Source: a virus
Strand: one strand, 5' to 3'
Length of the DNA stretch: 64,000 nt
Virus record (IMG/VR): IMGVR_UViG_3300021961_000020
Below are positions 18,571-26,003 of this stretch, one piece after another (the stretch's first letter is position 1; the number at the start of each line of letters is the position of its first letter). The position numbers and the translations under genes are program-made. Below the pieces are notes generated by a model, which saw nothing but the letters and a program-made list of their open reading frames with translations, ran no database searches and had not been told where the DNA came from.

Positions 18571-19449
18571 TTACTCTTCAGCAAGACGCTGGAAGTAACT
18601 CAGAGCATCATCTTCGTCTTCAGATGCCGAAGAAGTTGCCTTAGGAACGGAAGCGAAATCATAATCATCTTCCTCATCGACAACCTCAGGATCGGGTGCC
18701 TTAGGAGCAGCAGAGATCCCGAGAACATAATCGAGACGCTTCTTCAGTTCGTCATAGGACTTGAACTGAGTGGGATCAACAATCTCTGCAAGAGAGTATT
18801 GCTTCTTCCAGATTGCTTCCATAGCATCGTCGTCATCCAGGAGAGCACCAGGACGAGCAAACTCAGAGGAGTCGTAGTTCCAGTATCCAGCAACCTTCTT
18901 GATCTTGATCTTGAAGTCTGCACCTGCCCAGAAATCGAACGGGTTGATAGGATCTTCGTCTTCAAACTCAGGTTGCATGGCAGACATGATCTTGTCAAAG
19001 ATCTTCTTACCAAACTTATAGAGGAAAACTTTGCCTTCGTTGTCGGGATTTGCGGGATCCTTCACAACATAGATGTTGGCATAGTACGACAGTTTACGCT
19101 TTTGCTTACGAGCGGTTTCTTTGTCGTAGTCAGTGCCACTGTTCCAGAGACTCGTGTTGAGTTCGGAGACAGGATCTTTCTGACCAAGAGTAGTCAGAGA
19201 ATTCTCGATGTACCAACCACCAGTGCCTTGGAAGGCATGGGAGTACATTTTTGCCCACGGAAGGTCTTCACCTTCAGGAGCAGGAAGGAAACGGATCACT
19301 GCATAACCGTTACCTGCTTTATCGACTTCGGGTTTCCAAAGACGATCGTCAGACGCGCCACCTCCCTTGTTGGTTTTTTCTACTTCCTTGACCAGTTTGG
19401 CAGTCAGGGAACCGAGGGAGGACTGTTTCTTAAGGGATGCAAAAGACAT
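18571..19449 (-). CDS. gp32: Single-stranded DNA-binding protein gp32
   Basis: DDRLWKP.VDKAGNGYAVIRFLP, GGWYIEN.LTT, NPFDFW.GADFK.KI, acidic tail. Confidence 0.97.
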   Translation of the reverse strand: MSFASLKKQSSLGSLTAKLVKEVEKTNKGGGASDDRLWKPEVDKAGNGYAVIRFLPAPEGEDLPWAKMYSHAFQGTGGWYIENSLTTLGQKDPVSELNTSLWNSGTDYDKETARKQKRKLSYYANIYVVKDPANPDNEGKVFLYKFGKKIFDKIMSAMQPEFEDEDPINPFDFWAGADFKIKIKKVAGYWNYDSSEFARPGALLDDDDAMEAIWKKQYSLAEIVDPTQFKSYDELKKRLDYVLGISAAPKAPDPEVVDEEDDYDFASVPKATSSASEDEDDALSYFQRLAEE

Positions 19450-19516
19450 TTGGATTTGGCTTGTGAAATGGATTTGGTTTGTACGGGTCTATTATAGGGC
19501 GGACCCAACGCCCATG

Positions 19517-19846
19517 TCAAGAAATCTGTTTCCTGACATTTTCGAGGGTTTTCTGCATGTTGGCAAAAAGAACCCCACAGTCCACATCAGATGGGAACCC
19601 CATCATTATAGCAGACTTACGGACATTATCGCGCATTTCTTTTGCGCGAGGATCATCGGAGAGAGTCATCCGTGTGTACAGATTCCTCTGCTTCTCCAGC
19701 AGAGTGTCGAGTTTGTCAAGATGCTTGACCTTATCTTCACGATCCAACTTGTCGAACGCAAACACTTCAGTATAGATTTCTTCCTGAAGTTCATTAATAT
19801 CTTGGATTGCCTCTTGGACAAATTCCGATTCAAAGAAGTCAGACAT
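19517..19846 (-). CDS. Conserved cyanophage protein (DUF1825-like)
   Basis: FFESE.VQ..., Y.RM.LSDDP.A pattern; usual neighbour of gp32; TAAATA box at 19866-19872. Confidence 0.7.
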   Translation of the reverse strand: MSDFFESEFVQEAIQDINELQEEIYTEVFAFDKLDREDKVKHLDKLDTLLEKQRNLYTRMTLSDDPRAKEMRDNVRKSAIMMGFPSDVDCGVLFANMQKTLENVRKQIS

Positions 19847-19864
19847 TTTTCTCCTCTGCCTGGG

Positions 19865-20434
19865 TTATTTAGATAAAATTGGAAGAATTGTAGCAACTAA
19901 AATGACTCTTCTTTCTTTAGCAGGACTTTGCATAAAATGCTTTCCACTAAAGAGTATAGCATCATCTTCCTTTGGATTATGACTCTCGTATTCAGATCTT
20001 TCTAAATTTTCGCAAAATGTTTTACCACCAGAATCAGTCAAATATAAGATAACATTACCATGAGGATACTGATGATCTATATGAGGTAAAGTATTGTATA
20101 TTTTATCTTGTGGATGGACGCAGTTCAGAGAAATTCTTAGGTATGATGCAAACTCTATACCATTGAAGTCTAAAATTTCATTCAACACACCAATAACTGC
20201 ATGTAATTCGTTAGCATCTGAATGACAAGATTTTGGGTATCTAAATTCGTTTTCTGGTCTTTGTAATATCGTTCTGGTATAAAAGGGGAGGTTTTTTTGT
20301 TCTCCATCCACATTAACAGGATCACTATAATTAGGTGTCGCTGATGGTATGTACGACCACATAATGTCTGTACCAAGAACCCATTGCTTGAACCTTCTAT
20401 AATTTTCGGAGCAAGGATTCTCTAGGACTTTCAT
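19865..20434 (-). CDS. Putative 2OG-Fe(II) oxygenase
   Basis: PHID (HxD), ILYL..SGG.T, distal H in GKHF, R..LV. Confidence 0.65.
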   Translation of the reverse strand: MKVLENPCSENYRRFKQWVLGTDIMWSYIPSATPNYSDPVNVDGEQKNLPFYTRTILQRPENEFRYPKSCHSDANELHAVIGVLNEILDFNGIEFASYLRISLNCVHPQDKIYNTLPHIDHQYPHGNVILYLTDSGGKTFCENLERSEYESHNPKEDDAILFSGKHFMQSPAKERRVILVATILPILSK

Positions 20435-20685
20435 AATGGCAACCGTGCTCTCGTGGTCTTTTTCATGAAGTTGAGATCGATAGCATCACGCTTCAATTTC
20501 TCCTTCAAAGGTTTTGAAATAAGTTTGGTAATTGAGTCTACTTCAATACTATTCTCTTCACAGAAAAGAACAATTGCCTCAATATAGTTGATCTTTTCAC
20601 GCAAGACCAGATTCTCAATTTCTAAAGAGAACTTTGTGGCATTCATAAATTTCTTGCCCAAAGCTTTGGTTAGTTCATTTTCCAT
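20431..20685 (-). CDS. gp33: Late transcription coactivator gp33
   Basis: FS.EIE.LV....NYIEAIV.FCEEN.IE..S..KLISKPLKEKLK.DA..LNF. Confidence 0.92.
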   Translation of the reverse strand: MENELTKALGKKFMNATKFSLEIENLVLREKINYIEAIVLFCEENSIEVDSITKLISKPLKEKLKRDAIDLNFMKKTTRARLPL

Positions 20686-21334
20686 TTAGTTTAAATTCTA
20701 CGAAATTTCTGATGTACTTTGTGAGTAATTTCATGTACTTAAGTTTATCATACTCTTCGTATACTTCACAACTCCCGTCCTCACATGCCATGATGATCAC
20801 GAACTTTTTAACAGGAACACCTGTCAGTTCATAGTACATGCAAGCATAAGCGGCACATTGGACGAAATAACCATCAATCCAATCTCTTGGTTTTGGTTTC
20901 TTACTGGTTTTAAAGTCGATGATCGCCAATTCGCCTTCATATTCAGCGATACAGTCAACAGTGCCAGCAACACCGAGTTCTCTACTATACAAAGAACCTT
21001 CCAAAGTATGAATATTGTCAATCTTATTCAAAGTAGGCTTAGCAATCTTGAATAAGAAGTCTGGAAGAGGTTGAACCTCTGGAAGATCCTGATTCTTAAG
21101 ATAATTTTCAGTCAAAGTGTGCATGTCGGTTCCACGACGGGTTGCCTTCCGAGTGATCTCGTTGGCAACCTCATCACCGACCCGTTTACGCCATTTAGCA
21201 AACTTTTCCCGTTCATAAAAACTGATGATAGAGGTAATGGATACCATCTTTGCATCAGGTGTATCATAGTATCGAACACCATCAATGGTGTCTCTCTCTA
21301 AACGAGGGAGTTCAATTTCAAGATGATTAAACAT
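20675..21334 (-). CDS. PD-(D/E)XK exonuclease (T4-like cyanophage core)
   Basis: SITSI, RGT.MH, AGTVDCIAEY.GELAIIDFKTS, YFVQ..AYA. Confidence 0.88.
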   Translation of the reverse strand: MFNHLEIELPRLERDTIDGVRYYDTPDAKMVSITSIISFYEREKFAKWRKRVGDEVANEITRKATRRGTDMHTLTENYLKNQDLPEVQPLPDFLFKIAKPTLNKIDNIHTLEGSLYSRELGVAGTVDCIAEYEGELAIIDFKTSKKPKPRDWIDGYFVQCAAYACMYYELTGVPVKKFVIIMACEDGSCEVYEEYDKLKYMKLLTKYIRNFVEFKLNGK

Positions 21335-22086
21335 TACATACCAAGAGCCAGTTTTGTAGTTAGATATTCCTTACAGAGACCAGAACGAACGATATCGTTG
21401 ACATCAAATTCAATAGACGAGAATGATGGCATTTGTTCCAAGATCTTCATAAAGTCCAGGATGCCGTTACGCTCATATGTTTTTGTAAGGTCAGTTTGAG
21501 TAGCATCACCACAGAAGTGAATCTTGGTGTTCTCACCGACACGAGTAATGATACTATCAAGTTCGTGGAAGTTCAGGTTCTGACACTCATCAACGATGAT
21601 GATAGCATCATCAAGAGTGGTTCCACGAATAAAAGATGTAGACCAGAAAGAAATGGTCTCCTGCTGCTTAAGGTTACCATACAGCATCTCAAAATCAGAG
21701 TCTGTAGGTAATTCAAACATATACTTTACCATATTCTTATAAGGAATTTGGTAAAGAGCAGATTTGTCCTCATGATCTCCAGGAAGGAAACCAATCTCTC
21801 TAGTCGAGACCAGAGAACGAACAATATAGATTTTCTGATAAGGAGAATGTTCGTCTAAAACATCCCTGAGAGCATTATACAGCACAATAAAGGTTTTACC
21901 AGTACCTGCTGCACCATAAGCAAAGATGTTTTTCCCAAGATGATAATCTTTGAACAGCGTTTCTTGATTATCTGTAAGGGGAGTAATATCAACAAGGAGA
22001 TCCGTATTAATCGGTTTCTTCCTTCTCATCTGTTTAGCAGTCATACCAACACCAATAGGTTCAGACGATTTTCTCTTTCTGGGCAT
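21334..22086 (-). CDS. phoH: PhoH family ATPase
   Basis: GAAGTGKT Walker A, REIGFLPG, FIRG.T, DECQN, GD..Q.DL. Confidence 0.95.
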   Translation of the reverse strand: MPRKRKSSEPIGVGMTAKQMRRKKPINTDLLVDITPLTDNQETLFKDYHLGKNIFAYGAAGTGKTFIVLYNALRDVLDEHSPYQKIYIVRSLVSTREIGFLPGDHEDKSALYQIPYKNMVKYMFELPTDSDFEMLYGNLKQQETISFWSTSFIRGTTLDDAIIIVDECQNLNFHELDSIITRVGENTKIHFCGDATQTDLTKTYERNGILDFMKILEQMPSFSSIEFDVNDIVRSGLCKEYLTTKLALGM

Positions 22087-22091
22087 AAATT

Positions 22092-22346
22092 TTAGTCTAA
22101 GGTGAGTTTTTGACGATTGTTACCAGTTTTTTGTGCTTTACGGAGCACATCATTCCATCCAGGTTTGGACTTAAGAAGTTTGTCCTTCCATTCACCAACT
22201 TCTCCTACTCCAGGACAGGTGCTAGGGTCAGAAAAATCTCTAATCCACTCAGGATTATCGACTTTCCACTGATCCCAGTCATGAATACTCATGACTACCT
22301 CTTTAGTTTCACCAGTTACGGTATTCTTTACAGGATAAGTTGCCAT
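22092..22346 (-). CDS. Conserved cyanophage small protein (FmdB-like position)
   Basis: MATYPV.N..TGE.KE, PGW.DVL.K; ATAAATA at 22368-22374. Confidence 0.7.
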   Translation of the reverse strand: MATYPVKNTVTGETKEVVMSIHDWDQWKVDNPEWIRDFSDPSTCPGVGEVGEWKDKLLKSKPGWNDVLRKAQKTGNNRQKLTLD

Positions 22347-22373
22347 TTCAAAACATAGTGTATGTAATATTTA

Positions 22374-23012
22374 TCAGCACCATTCAAGTGCCTTACCTAC
22401 GGTAGGAAATTGTTCGCAGAAGATTTCCTTACATGCATTGGCAATTTCCATATGTTCCTTCTGGGTGCCATTTGCACTTCTAAGCGTGATGTAATGCACC
22501 CAGGAACGGCAGGAACCCGTCATATAGATCCTCGTGGGGGTTGCTAAGGGAAGCACCATTCTAGCGCACTCCTTGGCGACTCCACAGTCCAACAGGTGCT
22601 GATACAAACTCATGCCTTGCTTGAAATAAGTATCAATCTGCCTGGTAGACAGTTCTACAAACTCAGGATCCAGGTCGTCAATAGAATTTTGACGATTCTT
22701 GGTGTCTTGACGACGAAGTTCTGGGACTGGGATCGCCTCTGAGAGTAGGGAAGAATCAGCATACCGTTGGGAAAACTCTTGATATGTAAAAGAACGGTGA
22801 CGCAGTATTTGAGCTGCGATAGCACGAGTTGTCTCAATCTCAACCGTCATAAACGCTTGTTCAAAGACACTCCAATGACCGTGTTTGATGCAATACTTCA
22901 AGAGTCCTTCAAAACTCGGGTTATCCTGATTGGCAGGATTACTTACCCTGGCGATATACGCCATGGTTTCTTCAGGATTCGGTGTTGCTTGAATCAGTTT
23001 TACGCTCTGCAT
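22374..23012 (-). CDS. thyX: Flavin-dependent thymidylate synthase ThyX
   Basis: HWSVFE, QILRHRSFTYQEFSQRY, AKE.AR.VLP, TQKEH. Confidence 0.96.
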   Translation of the reverse strand: MQSVKLIQATPNPEETMAYIARVSNPANQDNPSFEGLLKYCIKHGHWSVFEQAFMTVEIETTRAIAAQILRHRSFTYQEFSQRYADSSLLSEAIPVPELRRQDTKNRQNSIDDLDPEFVELSTRQIDTYFKQGMSLYQHLLDCGVAKECARMVLPLATPTRIYMTGSCRSWVHYITLRSANGTQKEHMEIANACKEIFCEQFPTVGKALEWC

Positions 23013-23154
23013 TAAGTTTCCTCATTTCGTTTATTTTAACACCACGCTTTGCTTTTTTTCTAGCTTGGCGCATATATTGTAATTCTTCCTCAGTATACAA
23101 CCAAGGTTGCTTAAGTGCCTCCTTGGCTAGACGCATCACTTCTTTATTATTCAT
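22972..23154 (-). CDS. Small hypothetical protein
   Basis: Packed ORF, ALKQPWLY..EEL.YM. Confidence 0.6.
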   Translation of the reverse strand: MNNKEVMRLAKEALKQPWLYTEEELQYMRQARKKAKRGVKINEMRKLNAERKTDSSNTES

Positions 23155-23332
23155 TGGGAACTTCAGCCTTGGTTTGTTTACGAACCTTTTTCAATGCTTT
23201 CAGTTCTTGTTTGATAAGTTGATATGCGGTTTCACTATCAATCTTGTGTCCCATTTCCATGGCACAAACAACATCGACACGGGTGCCAAAATGCATCAAT
23301 GCCCGTTCGAAACTATCTAAATCTTCGTACAT
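23147..23332 (-). CDS. Conserved small hypothetical protein
   Basis: FERAL.HFGTRVD...AME.G.KI..E.AYQ.IK. Confidence 0.7.
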   Translation of the reverse strand: MYEDLDSFERALMHFGTRVDVVCAMEMGHKIDSETAYQLIKQELKALKKVRKQTKAEVPNE

Positions 23333-23333
23333 G

Positions 23334-23600
23334 TCATTTACCCGAGTAGTAAACTTCGTAATATTTTAGCAGACCAGCAGTAATCATATTTCCTTGTGAG
23401 ACCCAATCATGGGCACACTCATAAATGCTCTGGTTGCTGTATTTGGGGGATCCGTCACTATTTAACTGAGATCCAAATTTATTCAGCAAGATACTTAGAC
23501 ACTCTTGTCTGAGTTTCATTTTTTGGTCGCTATAGCGCCAATCAGTCTGCATAACCATCGTCGTCGTCATCGCTACTATAGTATTCTGGCAAATCATCAT
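23334..23600 (-). CDS. Small hypothetical protein (true start probably later)
   Basis: DWRYSD..MK.RQ, IYECAH.WV. Confidence 0.6.
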   Translation of the reverse strand: MMICQNTIVAMTTTMVMQTDWRYSDQKMKLRQECLSILLNKFGSQLNSDGSPKYSNQSIYECAHDWVSQGNMITAGLLKYYEVYYSGK

Positions 23601-23754
23601 ACCTATTTTCGGTATATGCCCCAGTATCAGAAAAGACTTCAGACTCCAACTCTTGAACTAGTGCTTTAAGAGTAAGGACTAATCCTTTTAAAACTTGTCT
23701 GTCCATGGAAAAATAAGTTTTCTCAATTCTACACAAAAAAAGAAGGGGTGTCAA
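23542..23754 (-). CDS. Small hypothetical protein (likely start MDRQVLK at 23706)
   Basis: L..LESEV.SD, acidic tail. Confidence 0.6.
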   Translation of the reverse strand: MTPLLFLCRIEKTYFSMDRQVLKGLVLTLKALVQELESEVFSDTGAYTENRYDDLPEYYSSDDDDDGYAD

Positions 23755-23764
23755 CCCCTTCTAT
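23726..23764 (-). promoter_or_regulatory. Sigma70 promoter TTGACA-N17-TAGAAT overlapping a terminator hairpin
   Basis: Minus strand AGAAGGGG-TTGACA-CCCCTTCTTTTTTTGTG-TAGAAT. Confidence 0.7.
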
Positions 23765-23921
23765 TGAAAATTGGTTGAAAAGTCATTAACTGTTCAAACC
23801 AATCACGCAAGTGTATACGATAGCAAGACCAATACTTACACCCTCTATATGTTAGTTGGTAGCAAGCAGGTGGTCTGCTATCTTTATCCATATCATCATA
23901 ATGATATGTGTAATCTTCCAT
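23751..23921 (-). CDS. Small protein with LTYRG motif (start trimmed to MEDY)
   Basis: MEDYTYHYDDMDKDSRPPACYQLTYRGCKYW... Confidence 0.55.
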   Translation of the reverse strand: MEDYTYHYDDMDKDSRPPACYQLTYRGCKYWSCYRIHLRDWFEQLMTFQPIFNRRG

Positions 23922-24034
23922 TACTTCACCTTTACTTGGCAATTTCCTGCCATGCAAAGTACAGCTTGATGACGACGATCTTCTTTTTGCTTCTTCTCTT
24001 TAATGAGTTGAAGAAAATTGAGTTTCTGCGTCAT
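23921..24034 (-). CDS. Small hypothetical protein (37 aa, not in ORF track)
   Basis: Hand-translated MTQKLNFLQLIKEKKQKEDRRHQAVLCMAGNCQVKVK; overlaps/abuts both neighbours. Confidence 0.55.
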   Translation of the reverse strand: MTQKLNFLQLIKEKKQKEDRRHQAVLCMAGNCQVKVK

Positions 24035-24162
24035 TTTGCCTCCTTAACAAACTTGATGCCACGATAGGCTTCGTTGTATGCTTGAGGTTGCTGCTGTTGT
24101 TGCTGTTGCTCACGACGCTCTACAGTGTCGTAAGATTGTCCACGATAAACGACTTTAGACAT
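24031..24162 (-). CDS. DUF4278-like small protein (43 aa, not in ORF track)
   Basis: Hand-translated MSKVVYRGQSYDTVERREQQQQQQQPQAYNEAYRGIKFVKEAK (two YRG repeats); SD CAGGAG upstream. Confidence 0.75.
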   Translation of the reverse strand: MSKVVYRGQSYDTVERREQQQQQQQPQAYNEAYRGIKFVKEAK

Positions 24163-24198
24163 TGGATTACTCCTGAAATACTAAGGTTAGTTAAAACC

Positions 24199-24471
24199 CG
24201 TTCCTTCAGTCGTTTGCGTCCTTGTTATCGAAACATGCTGGGTCTGTATGATTCATCCAGTGAAGGATGAGGTGAGACTTTTCAGTAGGAGTGAAAAGAG
24301 TTGACTCTTCCAATCCCTGCTTTAACCACTTGTAGTCATCACATCTAAGGAAATCCTCAGGAGGAACATGACTAAAAAAGATCAAAGCGAGTGATAACAT
24401 AGGATGAACGCTCCGTTCCGCGACTTACTTGCGTCTCATTCGCTATTCGCAAACAGCGAATGGGATGAACG
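24199..24471 (-). ncRNA. Tandem glutamine-II (Downstream-peptide) riboswitch-like element
   Basis: Two units CGTTCAT[CC-stem-GA]CGCAA...GGAACG at 24471-24414 and 24410-24199, upstream of a DUF4278-like ORF and just after a sigma70 promoter. Confidence 0.65.
24206..24400 (-). CDS. 64-aa hypothetical protein nested inside the second RNA unit
   Basis: ATG directly follows CGTTCATCCT; C-terminal KDAND* is encoded by AAGGACGCAAACGACTGA of the RNA motif. Confidence 0.6.
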   Translation of the reverse strand: MLSLALIFFSHVPPEDFLRCDDYKWLKQGLEESTLFTPTEKSHLILHWMNHTDPACFDNKDAND

Positions 24472-24479
24472 ACAGGTCC

Positions 24480-24509
24480 ATTATAGACCATCTACATGTA
24501 TATAGTCAA
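24480..24509 (-). promoter_or_regulatory. Sigma70 promoter TTGACT-N18-TATAAT
   Basis: Predicted TSS falls just before the first CGTTC of the RNA element. Confidence 0.7.
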
Positions 24510-24542
24510 GTTCTTTTGTAAAATATGATACAATTTTAAAAA

Positions 24543-24600
24543 ACCTTTAGGATCAAAAAATACCTGGGATTTTTTTTCCCGATATTTTGAACCTAAAGGT
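24543..24600 (-). terminator. Extended hairpin/terminator
   Basis: ACCTTTAGG...CCTAAAGGT outer stem, inner GGGA-T-tract-TCCC, followed by a T-run on the minus strand. Confidence 0.5.
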
Positions 24601-24618
24601 CGATTTTGGTTTGGAGTG

Positions 24619-24867
24619 TTACTTTTTCTTTGGTGGGTTCCAAAGTTTTGGATTACTTCTACCTTCTGTTTGTGTAAAAGTGATTAGACCTTCCCTGTAC
24701 TTGTCCCAGTAATGATCAAACAGTTCCACTTTTTTATTGCATATTGCAATGTCAAATTTTCTATGCCCTTCCTCATCATAGTATTCAACAAGATAAGCGG
24801 TGCATGGAAGAGATCTGTCTTCAGCAAGACTTGGATCACAATCTTTGTGGATTATCTTAATCTTCAA
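24619..24867 (-). CDS. Conserved cyanophage hypothetical protein
   Basis: DCDP..A.DR.LP..AYLV.Y, YWD.Y, TEGR.NPKLW. Confidence 0.7.
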   Translation of the reverse strand: MKIKIIHKDCDPSLAEDRSLPCTAYLVEYYDEEGHRKFDIAICNKKVELFDHYWDKYREGLITFTQTEGRSNPKLWNPPKKK

Positions 24868-25322
24868 TTACGACCACCCCACTGAACATCGGGGTATGCC
24901 TCTTTTACAACATTATGGGTGATACGATACTTCTTACCCAGATTTTTGTCTTTCACCAGACAAATAATTTCTGCTTCATCGGGATGAAGAGACTCAAGAA
25001 GTTCGATAAACAGTGCCTCTCTACGAGTCTGTTTCAGAGTGTCATTGCCACCCCTCACATAGTTGTACAGGGTGCGATACTGACTTGCCAGTTTGCTTTG
25101 TGCCTCTGGAGTAGGTGCATCGTTTGGTCTGAAAGGAACCTCCCCTTCAGGAAGAGCACTCTTGATGCTCTCATCAAAGTTCCAAACAAAAAGGGCAACC
25201 AAAGCAGGTGACCTGTGCTCTTGGAGCAGTTTGATCTTTTCTGGTTTAGTCTTGGCGCTAGATACCGCTTGAAGGATTTCGGATTGAAGCGGATGGGGTG
25301 GCAATTTGCTCATGATTTTCAA
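24864..25322 (-). CDS. Conserved T4-like phage hypothetical protein
   Basis: WNFD....S.LP.G..P, RE..FI.LLE.LHP.EAE. Confidence 0.75.
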   Translation of the reverse strand: MKIMSKLPPHPLQSEILQAVSSAKTKPEKIKLLQEHRSPALVALFVWNFDESIKSALPEGEVPFRPNDAPTPEAQSKLASQYRTLYNYVRGGNDTLKQTRREALFIELLESLHPDEAEIICLVKDKNLGKKYRITHNVVKEAYPDVQWGGRN

Positions 25323-25329
25323 TTAGTAA

Positions 25330-25557
25330 TTACTCGTCTTCGTAGTCGTCGTCAGTGTTTTCAAAACGGAAGGCAATTAAAGAGTCGGGGAGAATGTTTC
25401 CATTTTCATCATACATCTCTGGATGTAGATCTTGGGTGGGTCCATGTCTATCGTGATGATACATCATGTACTCTCTGAGTACCCATCCTAGCATACAACC
25501 AACAATTAGGGCACCCATCACAAGGAATGACCCTACAACTAAACTGACAGCCAGCAT
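25330..25557 (-). CDS. Small membrane protein
   Basis: N-terminal TM helix, HPEMYDENGN motif. Confidence 0.7.
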   Translation of the reverse strand: MLAVSLVVGSFLVMGALIVGCMLGWVLREYMMYHHDRHGPTQDLHPEMYDENGNILPDSLIAFRFENTDDDYEDE

Positions 25558-25568
25558 TTTTATTCTCC

Positions 25569-25760
25569 TTAAGGGTTGTCGTCTTTTCTTACATCCAGAG
25601 AAAATTCTAGATAAAGATGGACTTCCCTCCTGAGGAAGCGAACCATCTTTCCGAAAATTAACTGGAAAGTTTTTGGTTTGTCCTTCCTCTTACCTCCATT
25701 AAGAATAAATTCAACACCACGATTTGTGTGGATATCATTATTTAGTGATTCATCAGACAA
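25569..25760 (-). CDS. Small hypothetical protein
   Basis: NRGVEFILNGG..., RREVH...EFS. Confidence 0.6.
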   Translation of the reverse strand: MSDESLNNDIHTNRGVEFILNGGKRKDKPKTFQLIFGKMVRFLRREVHLYLEFSLDVRKDDNP

Positions 25761-25983
25761 GATTCTGCTCTCTAAAATATGCTACTGTTTCGGCAGCACC
25801 ACCGATGTGTTTTTCATTGTGAACCACTTGAGGGAAGTACTTCGTGTTGAATTCTGCAGTGAATTCATCGATAGTAAAGTCCTCATTGAGAGTGTAGATC
25901 ACATGCTCCTGGTTAGTAATTTCCATGAGCTCTTTCACCTTTCTGCAATACCCGCATCCAGGCATCGAGTATATTGTAAACAT
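25753..25983 (-). CDS. nrdC: Glutaredoxin
   Basis: CGYC, FPQV, IGG. Confidence 0.9.
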   Translation of the reverse strand: MFTIYSMPGCGYCRKVKELMEITNQEHVIYTLNEDFTIDEFTAEFNTKYFPQVVHNEKHIGGAAETVAYFREQNLV

Positions 25984-26003
25984 AATTGGTTAAACTGTCA
26001 AGT

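Noticed and set aside
18799-19876. + strand ORFs (232, 169, 98 aa) opposite gp32/DUF1825
   Set aside because: Antisense to core genes, no motifs
20675-21334. Cas4-like appearance of the PD-(D/E)XK nuclease
   Set aside because: Standard T4-like cyanophage exonuclease next to phoH/gp33; no cas genes and no repeat-spacer array seen anywhere in the window
24082-24270. + strand 62-aa Leu-rich ORF / CTG-TTG microsatellite
   Set aside because: It is the reverse complement of the poly-Gln codons in the DUF4278-like gene and of the RNA motif region
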